A stretch of 58,208 nucleotides of DNA from Vicinamibacterales bacterium (lineage in GTDB: Bacteria; Acidobacteriota; Vicinamibacteria; Vicinamibacterales; UBA2999), in assembly GCA_035764385.1 (NCBI GenBank), contig DASTZI010000074.1, positions 1-58,208 of the forward strand, read 5' to 3'. Numbering within the stretch: position 1 is the first letter of the stretch; each line of letters starts with the position of its first letter. A program made the position numbers and the translations under genes. The notes below the pieces were generated by a model. The model was given only the letters and a program-made list of their open reading frames with translations, searched no databases and was not told the DNA's origin. This document shows, piece by piece, positions 43,650 through 52,856 of the stretch.

Positions 43650-45521
43650 TCAAAACGTGTTCCCCGCATGCGAACTCAGCCAGGCGTCCCGAAATCGGCG
43701 CTGCGCGTCGGTGAGCGCTCGACCCGCCTGTTCGGCAGGAACGACGTCGAGGGTCGGATCCGCGACGGTTCGGATCGTCGCCATCAACGGCTGCCCTCGG
43801 CCGCGGTGCAGGTAGGTAACGGTCATCGCGGTTCCAGGCACGGTGTTGCGAATCGCGGCGTCGACCTCTTCGGCACTTCCTATCGGCTTTCCACCGATCG
43901 CCGTGATCACATCGTCGCGGTCGAGGCCGGCGCGATAGGCCGGTGAATCTGCCGGAACCGCCCCAGCGATACGCACGCCGGCCGGCGAATCCTGCAGGCG
44001 CAGTTGTCCCGCGGACCCTGATTGCGGGGCATGGGGCCGGACCACCAGTCCGGCCGCCGCGAGCAGCCGAGCGTAATCCGGCACTTCGTGTCCCTGGATG
44101 AAGCGCGCAAAAAAGTCGTCCGCGAACGCGCGGTCGCCGGCAACCGTCGCCAGCACCGTCTTCGCGTCCGTCATCGTGTAAGGACGATCGACGTATCCCG
44201 GCGCGCGACCGCCAGGTTTGCCGAACTGCCGCCACATCGCGCGCATGAAATCGTCGAGCGTGATCTTGCCGTCGCTGCGCTGCCGAAGCGTCAGGTCGAG
44301 GCCAAGCGCAATCGACTCGCCCCACGTGTAGTACGAGATGAACGTGTTGTCGAAGTTGGTGCGATCGATTGAGGTGGCGGCGTCGACAAACGGCGCCATC
44401 TGGCTCATCTCCTCCGCCGTGTGAATCTGCCGGCCCGGACTGAACGTGACCTCGTTGAGCGCAGCTGTCATGGTGGCGACGAACTCGGAAAGCCGTGTCA
44501 ATCCCGCGCGCTGCATCACGAGCGGGCCATAGTAGTTGGTGAAACCTTCTGCCAGCCACAGCTCGCCCGACATGTTCGCATCGTCAAAATTGAACGGTTC
44601 GAGCGACTTTGGACGGATTCGCTCGACGTTCCACGAATGAAAGAACTCGTGCGATAGCGTGCTGAGCAGGCCTGCGCGATTGGTACGGAGCGACGAAGAG
44701 GACACCAGGATGGTGCTGTTGCGATGCTCCATGCCATCGCCATTGGCCCACGGCAGATAATCGGCGATGAAGGTATAGGTGCCGCCGTCGTACGGCGCGA
44801 ACTCGCCATACACGCCGCGTTCCTCTCGAACGATCTTCTCGACGTCGCGCGCAAATCCATCGAGCTCCGCTTCATCTCCCTCCTGATGGATGGCGATCCG
44901 GAACATGGGTTGGCGCGGGCCATCAGCGACCGTAAATGTGCGGAGCGAAAACGAGCTGAGCTCTGACGGGCTGTCCATCAGATATTGCAGGTTCGGCGCC
45001 GTGAAGGTCTGCGCATCGGGTCCGGGGAACAGCTGCGTAGCCACACGCCAGTTGGAGCCCGCTGGCGGCTCGAATCGCACGTTCAGAGCACGTGTCTCCA
45101 GGCCATGGGCCCAAATCACGGCCGCCGGCATGTTGATGTGTGCGTGGGCGGGATCGATGGACAGGTACGTTCCGTCGGTCCGGTCGCCGAAGACGCGATA
45201 CCTGACGCGCACGGCCGAAGGATGCGTCGTCACCACCCACTGCTGGGGAGCCGTGTGTGTCGTGGCAAGCGACGCCCCTCCCGAATCGGTTACCTCCAGG
45301 TCGAAGACGTTTTTCGCGAACTCGTGAAGTGCGTAGCGCCCCGGCGAAGCGCGGCTCATGTGCAGCTCGAGTGGATCGGAAGGCAAGTCGGCGAAGGAAA
45401 TCTCCACCTGCATCCAACGGTGCTCGGGCTCTGGAAATGTAAACCGATAAGAAACAGCAGCCTGCGCGAAGACCGGAATGTTGATCAGGAGCAGCAGTGC
45501 TGTCGCGGCGAAAATCCTCAT
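43650..45521 (-). CDS. M61 family metallopeptidase with PDZ domain, exported (paralogue)
   Basis: Signal MRIFAATALLLLINIPVFAQA. Contains SHEFFHSWNVERIRPKSLEP and the PDZ-like region GVRIAGAVPADSPAYRAGLDRDDVITAIGG. Confidence 0.88.
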   Translation of the reverse strand: MRIFAATALLLLINIPVFAQAAVSYRFTFPEPEHRWMQVEISFADLPSDPLELHMSRASPGRYALHEFAKNVFDLEVTDSGGASLATTHTAPQQWVVTTHPSAVRVRYRVFGDRTDGTYLSIDPAHAHINMPAAVIWAHGLETRALNVRFEPPAGSNWRVATQLFPGPDAQTFTAPNLQYLMDSPSELSSFSLRTFTVADGPRQPMFRIAIHQEGDEAELDGFARDVEKIVREERGVYGEFAPYDGGTYTFIADYLPWANGDGMEHRNSTILVSSSSLRTNRAGLLSTLSHEFFHSWNVERIRPKSLEPFNFDDANMSGELWLAEGFTNYYGPLVMQRAGLTRLSEFVATMTAALNEVTFSPGRQIHTAEEMSQMAPFVDAATSIDRTNFDNTFISYYTWGESIALGLDLTLRQRSDGKITLDDFMRAMWRQFGKPGGRAPGYVDRPYTMTDAKTVLATVAGDRAFADDFFARFIQGHEVPDYARLLAAAGLVVRPHAPQSGSAGQLRLQDSPAGVRIAGAVPADSPAYRAGLDRDDVITAIGGKPIGSAEEVDAAIRNTVPGTAMTVTYLHRGRGQPLMATIRTVADPTLDVVPAEQAGRALTDAQRRFRDAWLSSHAGNTF

Positions 45522-45575
45522 GAAAGACCAGATTCATTCTGCCGCATCCGCCAAGGAGCGGTATAAACGAAATCA

Positions 45576-46433
45576 ATGAGCGTCGCCGCCGCCGTTCCTG
45601 CATCCACCGTCGTCCTTCTCAGGGGCGATCGCCCGTTCGAAGTGTTTCTGGTACGCCGCAGTGACAGCATCGCGTTTCTGGGCGGCGCACACGTGTTCCC
45701 GGGCGGCCGCGTCGATCCGTCCGACCATATCCATGACGTCATCGGTGGTGTCCGCCTGCAGGCGGACCCAAACGTGGCCGCGACCGAGAACCTCACCTCG
45801 CGTATGCTCGACGTGCCGGCGGACGTCGTGATCGCGCACCACGTGGCGGCCGTGCGCGAATTGTTCGAGGAAGCGGGCGTCCTGCTGGCACGGCCGCTGA
45901 CCGCTGCGTCGGTACAGCGGCTCACCGCGGACCGGCGCGAACTTCTCGCGGGGCGAACCACCTTCGCAGACATCGTGCAGCGCGAGCACCTGCATCTGGC
46001 GCTCGATGAACTGGCTTATTTCGCGCACTGGGTCACGCCGGAGATCGAAATCCGCCGATTCGATACGCGCTTCTTCATCGCACGCGCACCCGAGGGGCAG
46101 ACGCCGATTCACGACGCAGGGGAAACCACGCACAGCGAGTGGGCCGAACCGGCGCGCGCGATCGAAAGCTGCCGCGCCGGCGTCATCTCGCTGCCGCCGC
46201 CGACCTGGACGACACTCCAGATGCTTTCGAAATTCGATTCAGTCGACGCCGTATTCGACTGGGCGCGGCGAAAGCCGATTCCGCGCGTGCAACCACGATT
46301 CGAAAAACGGGGCGGCCAAACGCTTCTTTTTTATCCTGGTGATCCGATGTACCCGCCGGTGGAAGGATTCGACGCGACCGAGACCAGATTCGTGCTGGAG
46401 AACCGGCGCTGGATGCCGATCACGCCGGACTGA
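45576..46433 (+). CDS. Nudix hydrolase family protein
   Basis: Nudix box context: HVFPGGRVDPSD...AAVRELFEEAGVLLAR. Confidence 0.8.
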   Translation: MSVAAAVPASTVVLLRGDRPFEVFLVRRSDSIAFLGGAHVFPGGRVDPSDHIHDVIGGVRLQADPNVAATENLTSRMLDVPADVVIAHHVAAVRELFEEAGVLLARPLTAASVQRLTADRRELLAGRTTFADIVQREHLHLALDELAYFAHWVTPEIEIRRFDTRFFIARAPEGQTPIHDAGETTHSEWAEPARAIESCRAGVISLPPPTWTTLQMLSKFDSVDAVFDWARRKPIPRVQPRFEKRGGQTLLFYPGDPMYPPVEGFDATETRFVLENRRWMPITPD

Positions 46434-47382
46434 CAATCGGCAACGGACGGCCGGTCTCGTACCTCCGCATCGTCCGCAGCACGACGTCAACCATCATGTC
46501 GAGGAACAACGGATCGTCGTTGACGGCGGCGGCGCGCACCATGGGCAGTCCGAGCGACGTGCAGACGTCCGCCGCTTCGCGATCCAGGTCGTAGAGCACT
46601 TCGATATGGTCGCAGAGAAAACCGACGGGACAGATCACGGCTGCAGCGAGTCCCTGTGCGTGTTCGCGGCGCAGGTAGTCGCAGACGTCGGGCTCGAGCC
46701 ACGGATCCTGTGGACGGCCGCTTCGGCTTTGATACACCAGGGCCCAGGGCAGTCCAGCCTGCTGGGCGATCGCCCCGCACGACACAGAAAGCTGATGCTC
46801 GTACTGCGACGCGTCAGCCATCGACTTTGGAATGCTGTGCGCGGTAAAGACGATGCGCGCATCCTCACGAACGTCGGCTGGAAGCCGCTTCACGGCGTCG
46901 CGAATGTGTGACGTATTGGCAGCAACGAACTGCGGGTGATCGAACCAGCTGTCGACGAAGGTGATGTCGACGTGACCGCCTGCCTGGTGGAGCGCCTCCT
47001 GCGCCGACGCGACGTTCTCGCGGTACTGCTGACAGCTCGAATATGAATGATGCGCGGCAGCGATGAAGCCGATCGCGCGACGGACACCATCCGCATACAT
47101 CTTCTTCAGGGTATCAGTCAGGAAGGGATGCCAGTTGCGCATGCCGACGTAGACGGGCAGCGGGTGGCCGGCAGCTGCAAGCCGTTCGCGCAGGCCCTCG
47201 GCCTGCCGCTCGGTGAGTTTGGTCAGCGGTGAAACGCCGTCGAACAGCTCGTAATGATGCGCGACCTCTTCGACGCGTTCAGGCGTCACTCGACGGCCGC
47301 GTAGTACGTTTGCGAGAAATGGCCGGATGTCCTCCCGACCCTGTGGGCCACCGAAGGACACGATGAGCACGGCATCGAACAT
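46420..47382 (-). CDS. hemH: Ferrochelatase
   Basis: ATG at 47382. Contains MFDAVLIVSFGGPQGREDIRPFLANV...SPLTKLTERQAEGL...FTAHSIP. Its 3' end overlaps the Nudix gene by 14 nt (convergent). Confidence 0.88.
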   Translation of the reverse strand: MFDAVLIVSFGGPQGREDIRPFLANVLRGRRVTPERVEEVAHHYELFDGVSPLTKLTERQAEGLRERLAAAGHPLPVYVGMRNWHPFLTDTLKKMYADGVRRAIGFIAAAHHSYSSCQQYRENVASAQEALHQAGGHVDITFVDSWFDHPQFVAANTSHIRDAVKRLPADVREDARIVFTAHSIPKSMADASQYEHQLSVSCGAIAQQAGLPWALVYQSRSGRPQDPWLEPDVCDYLRREHAQGLAAAVICPVGFLCDHIEVLYDLDREAADVCTSLGLPMVRAAAVNDDPLFLDMMVDVVLRTMRRYETGRPLPIVSPA

Positions 47383-47481
47383 CGGAGGTGTCGAGGAGTT
47401 CCTGAACGACTCGAACGCTTTGCATTCTCTCCGACGCAACTACGCCGCGCAACTTTCGACGACCTCCGATCGGAGTTCGCT

Positions 47482-47961
47482 TCAGTGGCCAGGTTTGGTG
47501 TGGAGCTTCTCGAGCGCCGCCTTGAAGGCGTCGCGATGGCCCACTTCGTCGCGCCGTATTTCCTCGAAGAGCGACGCGGCCGCGGTATCACCCGCTGAAC
47601 GCGCTTGCTCCGCGAATTCGCGGTACATCGTCTCGATTTCGTACGATTCGCCCGCGATCGCATCCTCGAGATTCGCGGCATTGTCGCCGACTAGGTGCGC
47701 GAGGTCAGCCTCTTCCTGGAGGTGCTCGTATCGCTCAACCTTCGCTGTGCGCTCGAACAGGTCGGCGAGTTCGTTGTTTCCACTCTTGCGCGCGTGCTCG
47801 CCGTACAACTGGTACTTCGCCGCAGCGAACGCTTCGCCCTGCATGGCCGACTTCAGATGATCCCGTGTTGCCGACGTCACCGGACCACCAGATGCCGTAA
47901 TAGCCGCCAACGCGGCGATCACGACCGCCAGCAGCACACCTGATAGCAGCGTCAGTCTCAT
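47482..47961 (-). CDS. Rubrerythrin/ferritin-like diiron-domain protein with N-terminal hydrophobic segment
   Basis: AAGGAG Shine-Dalgarno. MRLTLLSGVLLAVVIAALAAI anchor/signal. Contains MQGEAFAAAKY, ERYEHLQEE, IAGESYEIETMY and RRDEVGHRDAF. No rubredoxin domain. Confidence 0.75.
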   Translation of the reverse strand: MRLTLLSGVLLAVVIAALAAITASGGPVTSATRDHLKSAMQGEAFAAAKYQLYGEHARKSGNNELADLFERTAKVERYEHLQEEADLAHLVGDNAANLEDAIAGESYEIETMYREFAEQARSAGDTAAASLFEEIRRDEVGHRDAFKAALEKLHTKPGH

Positions 47962-48114
47962 GGCAACTCCTTAATGGAGCTTCGCTGCAACTGATTTGCC
48001 GCTGATGGCACGATGAAACGCCAATTTTCGAACCGCGTCGGCCGGAGCCAGTCACGAGATTCGGTGATTACTCAGCGCGTCGGTATGCCTAAGACGCCAC
48101 GGGTTTGACGGTCG

Positions 48115-50250
48115 TCAGTACTTCGCCGCGTCGGACTGCTGTTTCAGCAGCTCGAGGGCCTTGAGCTGCAGCTGGCACGCGTTATCACAGGTCGTAGCCG
48201 ACGTCCCAGCGGCGTCTAGTCGTTGCACGGCAAGATACAAATCGTATGTACCGGCAAATGCGGACGGTTCCGCGAGGTGAATGGGTATGACGCCCGGTGC
48301 GATCCCGCCCGTTTGATTCGTCGATGCATACGCCTTTTCTACGGCCTCGCGCGTCACAACAACCGTGGGATTGCACCAAACGGGGTCCGTGGAATTGTGA
48401 TTAACTGTCAGACACACGATGTTATTGATACCAATCGGGCGATCGGTCCCTCGCCTGCACGTATAGCCGTTAATCAATGTCGATTTGAAGACGTCTGCGG
48501 TGCACCAGAAGTTTCTTGCACCTATGTACGGAGACAGTTCCCGGCCGTCTAGTTTGAGTTTAATCGCAGCTTGCTCTTGCGCGCCCCACGCGGAATATTC
48601 GCTGTTGCCTGGCGTCCACCGCTGGACCCATGCGTTATACGGGCCAGGATCTCCATCCACTTCCCACAACACCGGCCGTATCACGACCGCATCACCACCA
48701 TCCGTCAGCGTCCCTTCCCATACATTGAATGGAAACGTGACGCTGGACGGCTGGCCCGTGGGCAGCCGTCCAAGGTCGGTCCCCGCTGGAACGACATCGC
48801 CCGCCGTGAGACCTCCGGAGTTTCCCGCCGAACCCGCGCGAACGCGATTCGGGTACACGCTGGAGTCGCCATGAACCTGACTCTGAATCGGCAGCGGGCT
48901 CGACAGGACCTTCCCGGTTCTGTCGACAATCTCGACCTTCGCCGAGGCAAATACCTCGTCGCCCAGTCCATCATTTCTGAGCGCATCCTCGCTCGTGCCA
49001 TTTGTCACGCGAAAACCTGTCAGTACTACCCGGTACTTTCCTGAGTGATTGACGATAGTGACGCTGGCCCGTGGCCAGTTATCAGACGTGCTCATGACGG
49101 GCATGCTCGCCACAATCCAGGTCTGCACGCCGGGCGGAATTCCTGTAACTGTGTAGGTTGTCCCCGTGACCTGTACGCCGTTGCCGGCACCGGGCCCGCC
49201 TAGCATGTACGTGCCCACACCCGCGACTGCGTTCCATTTGAGCTGCACGGTCCCGTCGCCGGTTTGGGTTGCTGTAAAGCCATTCGGGTCTTTTGCGACG
49301 GGTGGTGTCGTTGTGGTGCTCGTGCCAGGCATGGCGGTAGGCGTATCGCCTGAAGGCATTGCACCCGCGAAGACCCCGCTGTTCAGGATGGGACTGCCGG
49401 GAGGAATCGCCGCCGTTGGTTGCGTGGTCTTGGGCGTCGTCGTTGTCGGCATCGTCGGAGTCGGTGTTGACGCCGTGGGAACGGCCGGAACACTCGCGGT
49501 CATTGTTGGTGCTGGCGTCGCGATGGGAGGTGGTGTTGCCGTCCCGGGGGCTGGTGGCGTTGGTGTCGCCTGCGCCTGGAGCGGAGCCGGCGGCGGCGGA
49601 GCGGTAACGCCTACACCGAACTGCCAGGTGCACGACGCGCTGCCGGTTGAACCGGGTTGCGGCGTGAATGCGTTCGACGGCGGTATCGCAACCGTGCTTG
49701 ATCCGCTGACGTTGCTCGTCGAAATGTCGAGGGGTTGGAATCGATACTCGTAGGTCTCCGCCGCGATCGATTCGATCGGTTGCTGCTTCCCATCAACGGT
49801 ATAGAACCGGTATCCGGTAAACCCGCCCGCGGCGCGCAGTTGATCGTGGCGCAACGCAAAGACGAGGCGGCCATCGCCGCGCGTCGACACGGCGATCGAC
49901 GCGCTGGACGCCTGACCGTTGGTTGCCCACCGCGCGCTGACGATGCTCGTAGGCAACGACCGCTGGAGCGAACCGCTGCCGACGACACTCCATGTCGCTG
50001 GATAAATCCGGAACACGCCTTCGACCCTTGGTGCGCCGCCGGTCAAGATCCAGGTGTGCGTCTGCTGATCGCTGTAGCCTTGACCTTGCGCCGTTACCTG
50101 ACAACGAATCCAGCCGGCCCATGGGCCGTCCGCGGGATTTGGTGTCTGCGTCGACGCGCGCTCCACCGCAATAAAACAGAGGATCGCGGCCAGGAGCAGT
50201 GACACCGCGCTGCGCGCGATCGCGCGATTCCGGAATGATGCAGCTGTCAT
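48115..50250 (-). CDS. Large secreted hypothetical protein with Pro/Thr-rich linker
   Basis: 711 aa. N-terminal anchor/signal SAVSLLLAAILCFIAV. Linker PPPPAPLQAQATPTPPAPGTATPPPIATPAPT.... FN3-like segment GTVQLKWNAVAGVGTY. Cys-containing C-terminal domain. Starts 8 nt after the upstream gene. Confidence 0.75.
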   Translation of the reverse strand: MTAASFRNRAIARSAVSLLLAAILCFIAVERASTQTPNPADGPWAGWIRCQVTAQGQGYSDQQTHTWILTGGAPRVEGVFRIYPATWSVVGSGSLQRSLPTSIVSARWATNGQASSASIAVSTRGDGRLVFALRHDQLRAAGGFTGYRFYTVDGKQQPIESIAAETYEYRFQPLDISTSNVSGSSTVAIPPSNAFTPQPGSTGSASCTWQFGVGVTAPPPPAPLQAQATPTPPAPGTATPPPIATPAPTMTASVPAVPTASTPTPTMPTTTTPKTTQPTAAIPPGSPILNSGVFAGAMPSGDTPTAMPGTSTTTTPPVAKDPNGFTATQTGDGTVQLKWNAVAGVGTYMLGGPGAGNGVQVTGTTYTVTGIPPGVQTWIVASMPVMSTSDNWPRASVTIVNHSGKYRVVLTGFRVTNGTSEDALRNDGLGDEVFASAKVEIVDRTGKVLSSPLPIQSQVHGDSSVYPNRVRAGSAGNSGGLTAGDVVPAGTDLGRLPTGQPSSVTFPFNVWEGTLTDGGDAVVIRPVLWEVDGDPGPYNAWVQRWTPGNSEYSAWGAQEQAAIKLKLDGRELSPYIGARNFWCTADVFKSTLINGYTCRRGTDRPIGINNIVCLTVNHNSTDPVWCNPTVVVTREAVEKAYASTNQTGGIAPGVIPIHLAEPSAFAGTYDLYLAVQRLDAAGTSATTCDNACQLQLKALELLKQQSDAAKY

Positions 50251-50258
50251 GGCGTGGC

Positions 50259-51989
50259 CTACTTTTTCTGCGGCTGAACCTTCTTCAGGTTCTCCGCCAC
50301 GGCCTTCGCCGCATTCTGGAGCGCCTCGGTCAGCGCCGCATCGAACGAGGGGCCACTCTGGCCAGTCACAGCGCTAAGCGCCGCGTTGCTGGCCAGCGAT
50401 TGCTGCATCAGGAACGACGCCGCGCCAGCCGTCGGATCGATGCCCATCCCCATGCCCATCTGCATGCCGGCCTTCATGCCGAGCCCCTGCGTCTGCATGC
50501 TCATCATCGCGGGATTGCCGAGCATTCCCATCCCGCCGAGATTGCCGGTCATCGATTGGTTCAGCGCGTTCATCATCATCTTGCCGGTCATCATGTTCAT
50601 GTACATGGTGCCGGCGAACTTGGCGACGCCGAGGCCGGTCTTCATGTCGAAGCCGCCGTCTTTTCCCTTTGTCGTCGTCGTGTAGCGCGGTTTTCCGTCG
50701 GGTTGAACGAGCTTGATCGTGACCGCGGCCTCGGTGGGATCCTGACTGGTGCCCCCGCCCGCGACCTTCGATGCCGCTTTGACGAGACCTCCAAGACCGC
50801 CGCCGCCTTTCGATACCTTCAGATCCGTGATCTCGGCGACGAGCACATAGTCGTACCCGTGTGAGCCGGCCTGCTGTGCGATGTCGGCTTGAGCACCAGC
50901 CAACGGCGCAGCGTTGAGCTTTGCATCAGCCAGCTCTGACACGAGGCGACCACGCAACGCGCGAGTGTCGATTTGCTGGGTGGTCTTGTTCACGACTTCT
51001 GGAACGCCCACCAGAGCCGCGCCCGGTATCTTTGGGGGAGGCGGTGCCGTCGACGAGGTGAGTTCCTGCGAGAGCTTCGTTTCGTTCGCGTCGCTGATCG
51101 CACGCGTGAGCGCCTGAAGGTTGCCCGCGTCGGTCATTCCTGGCGGGATGTCGAACAGCGCTGAATCGAGAGTCGTGACCTCCAGTTCAGTGATTTCCAT
51201 CGAGACCACGTTGGGCTTGCCGTCTTCGCCGGTAATCGTCGTCGAGTACGCGATCGGGAAACCGAGGACCGTCGGGTCTCCATACTGCGTCGCCTTGATC
51301 TCGTCGACACAGCTCGCGGCCGCCTGCTGCGGCGCGACGTCCGGCGTGGCTTGCGCAGGCATCTGCAGATCGACGTACCAGCCATCCGTTTCGATGTGCT
51401 GTTTGGCCGGATCACAGGCGCCCGGCGCCGGCTGCTTGTCGATGACCATCTTTGCGTGCCGCGCCTCTCGGCCGAACATCATCTTCCGCTCGCCGGTGTC
51501 CGTGATCGTGGTCGCCATCGTGACGACGCCCGGCTTCTGCGGCGGCGCAGTGGGAGCGGCTGGTGCAGGCAGGGCGGGAGCACTGCCATCCGGAACGACC
51601 ATGTACGAGTTTGCCGCCTTCATGATCTGAACCGTCCGCTTCAGGTCGTGCTGCTTGAGCAGAACGACATCGCCGAACTCGAAGCGTTCGCGCTCACCTT
51701 TCCGGTAGGTGACGCTCTCGGTTTTCTGATCACCCGCCGTGTAGACGGTTTTCATGTGGAGGTCCTGCGCCACGGGCTTTGGCGGTGGGGGTGGTTCCGC
51801 CGGCTTCGCGGCGGGCTGCGCGGGGGGACGCTGCGGGGTGGCAGGCTGCCTCGGTGCCGGCGTTCTGGGCGGGGTCTGGCCGCGAGCGCCTGGGCGCTGT
51901 GTTGCCGTCTGGGCGTCAAGCGGCGCGCCGAACAGCACCAGCGAGCACGCAAACACCAACACGGACGAGACGTTGAGAGATCTAGACAT
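50259..51989 (-). CDS. Secreted hypothetical protein with Pro-rich N-terminus and Met/Gly/Gln-rich C-terminal region
   Basis: 576 aa. Signal MSRSLNVSSVLVFACSLVLFGAPLDAQ. GAGG lies 7 nt upstream. The Met-rich tract is encoded at about 50406-50606. Confidence 0.75.
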   Translation of the reverse strand: MSRSLNVSSVLVFACSLVLFGAPLDAQTATQRPGARGQTPPRTPAPRQPATPQRPPAQPAAKPAEPPPPPKPVAQDLHMKTVYTAGDQKTESVTYRKGERERFEFGDVVLLKQHDLKRTVQIMKAANSYMVVPDGSAPALPAPAAPTAPPQKPGVVTMATTITDTGERKMMFGREARHAKMVIDKQPAPGACDPAKQHIETDGWYVDLQMPAQATPDVAPQQAAASCVDEIKATQYGDPTVLGFPIAYSTTITGEDGKPNVVSMEITELEVTTLDSALFDIPPGMTDAGNLQALTRAISDANETKLSQELTSSTAPPPPKIPGAALVGVPEVVNKTTQQIDTRALRGRLVSELADAKLNAAPLAGAQADIAQQAGSHGYDYVLVAEITDLKVSKGGGGLGGLVKAASKVAGGGTSQDPTEAAVTIKLVQPDGKPRYTTTTKGKDGGFDMKTGLGVAKFAGTMYMNMMTGKMMMNALNQSMTGNLGGMGMLGNPAMMSMQTQGLGMKAGMQMGMGMGIDPTAGAASFLMQQSLASNAALSAVTGQSGPSFDAALTEALQNAAKAVAENLKKVQPQKK

Positions 51990-52222
51990 GGGGAGCCTCG
52001 CTTCTTTCGCCTGCAGAAAGTCAGGTCCTCACCGCAGTAACGCGCGGACACCGTATTACGCGTGCTTCGATGAGAATCGGGCTCAGGCGGCCGGGAGCGG
52101 GCGAGAGGCGGAAGAGCACCTGTGATCCGCCGCCTCTCTTTTCAACGTGCAAGCCGTGCCTGTCGAAGGGAAGGCTGGGGGGAGCCTATGACCCGTAACG
52201 CGCGTCTCGCAGGAAAAACGGC

Positions 52223-52807
52223 TCAGGAGCCAGTCAGTTCGCGATATAGCCACCCTTTCGCGACGGCCCATTCGCGTTTGACCGTAGCTGGCGAGATTCC
52301 GAGCGCGGCGGCCGTTTCCTCGACGGTCAGGCCGCCGAAGAACCGCAATTCGACGATGCGGCCCTGATCGGGGTCGAGGGCTTCGAGCTTCTGGAGCGCC
52401 GCGTCGAGGGCTACGGCGTCGAGGACGTCAAGGGAGGTTTCCGCGGCCGTCGAGAGCGCGTCGCTCAGTTCGACATGGATCACGCCGCCGCCATGTTTTT
52501 CCCGCAGCTCACGCCGCGCGTGGTCGACGAGAATTCTCCGCATCAACTGCGCGGCAATCGCGAAGAAATGTCCGCGGTTCTGCCAGTCCACTTCTCGCTG
52601 GGCGAACAGCTTGACGTAAGCCTCATTGACGACGGTGGTGGTTTGCAGCCGGTCGTGGCGCCACTCGCGCGCCAGCTGCCGCGAGGCAATCGTCCGGAGC
52701 TCTTCGTAGACGATCGGGATCAGGCGGTCGAGCGCCTCACGGTTCCCATCTTTCCATTCATGAAGAATGCGTGTGACGTCGTCCGGAGACCGCGATTGCC
52801 CATCCAT
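52223..52807 (-). CDS. ECF sigma factor of the TIGR02999-like, Ser/Thr-kinase-associated type
   Basis: Contains DVTRILHEWKDGNREALDRLIPIVYEELRTIA...VVNEAYVKL......W.NRGHFFAIAAQLMRRILVDHAR. Region 4: LRFFGGLTVEETAAALGISPATVKREW. Confidence 0.88.
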   Translation of the reverse strand: MDGQSRSPDDVTRILHEWKDGNREALDRLIPIVYEELRTIASRQLAREWRHDRLQTTTVVNEAYVKLFAQREVDWQNRGHFFAIAAQLMRRILVDHARRELREKHGGGVIHVELSDALSTAAETSLDVLDAVALDAALQKLEALDPDQGRIVELRFFGGLTVEETAAALGISPATVKREWAVAKGWLYRELTGS

Positions 52808-52856
52808 AGGCCGGGTGAGTTAAGCACCTTTTGGCCATGTCAGTCAAAGCCAAGCG

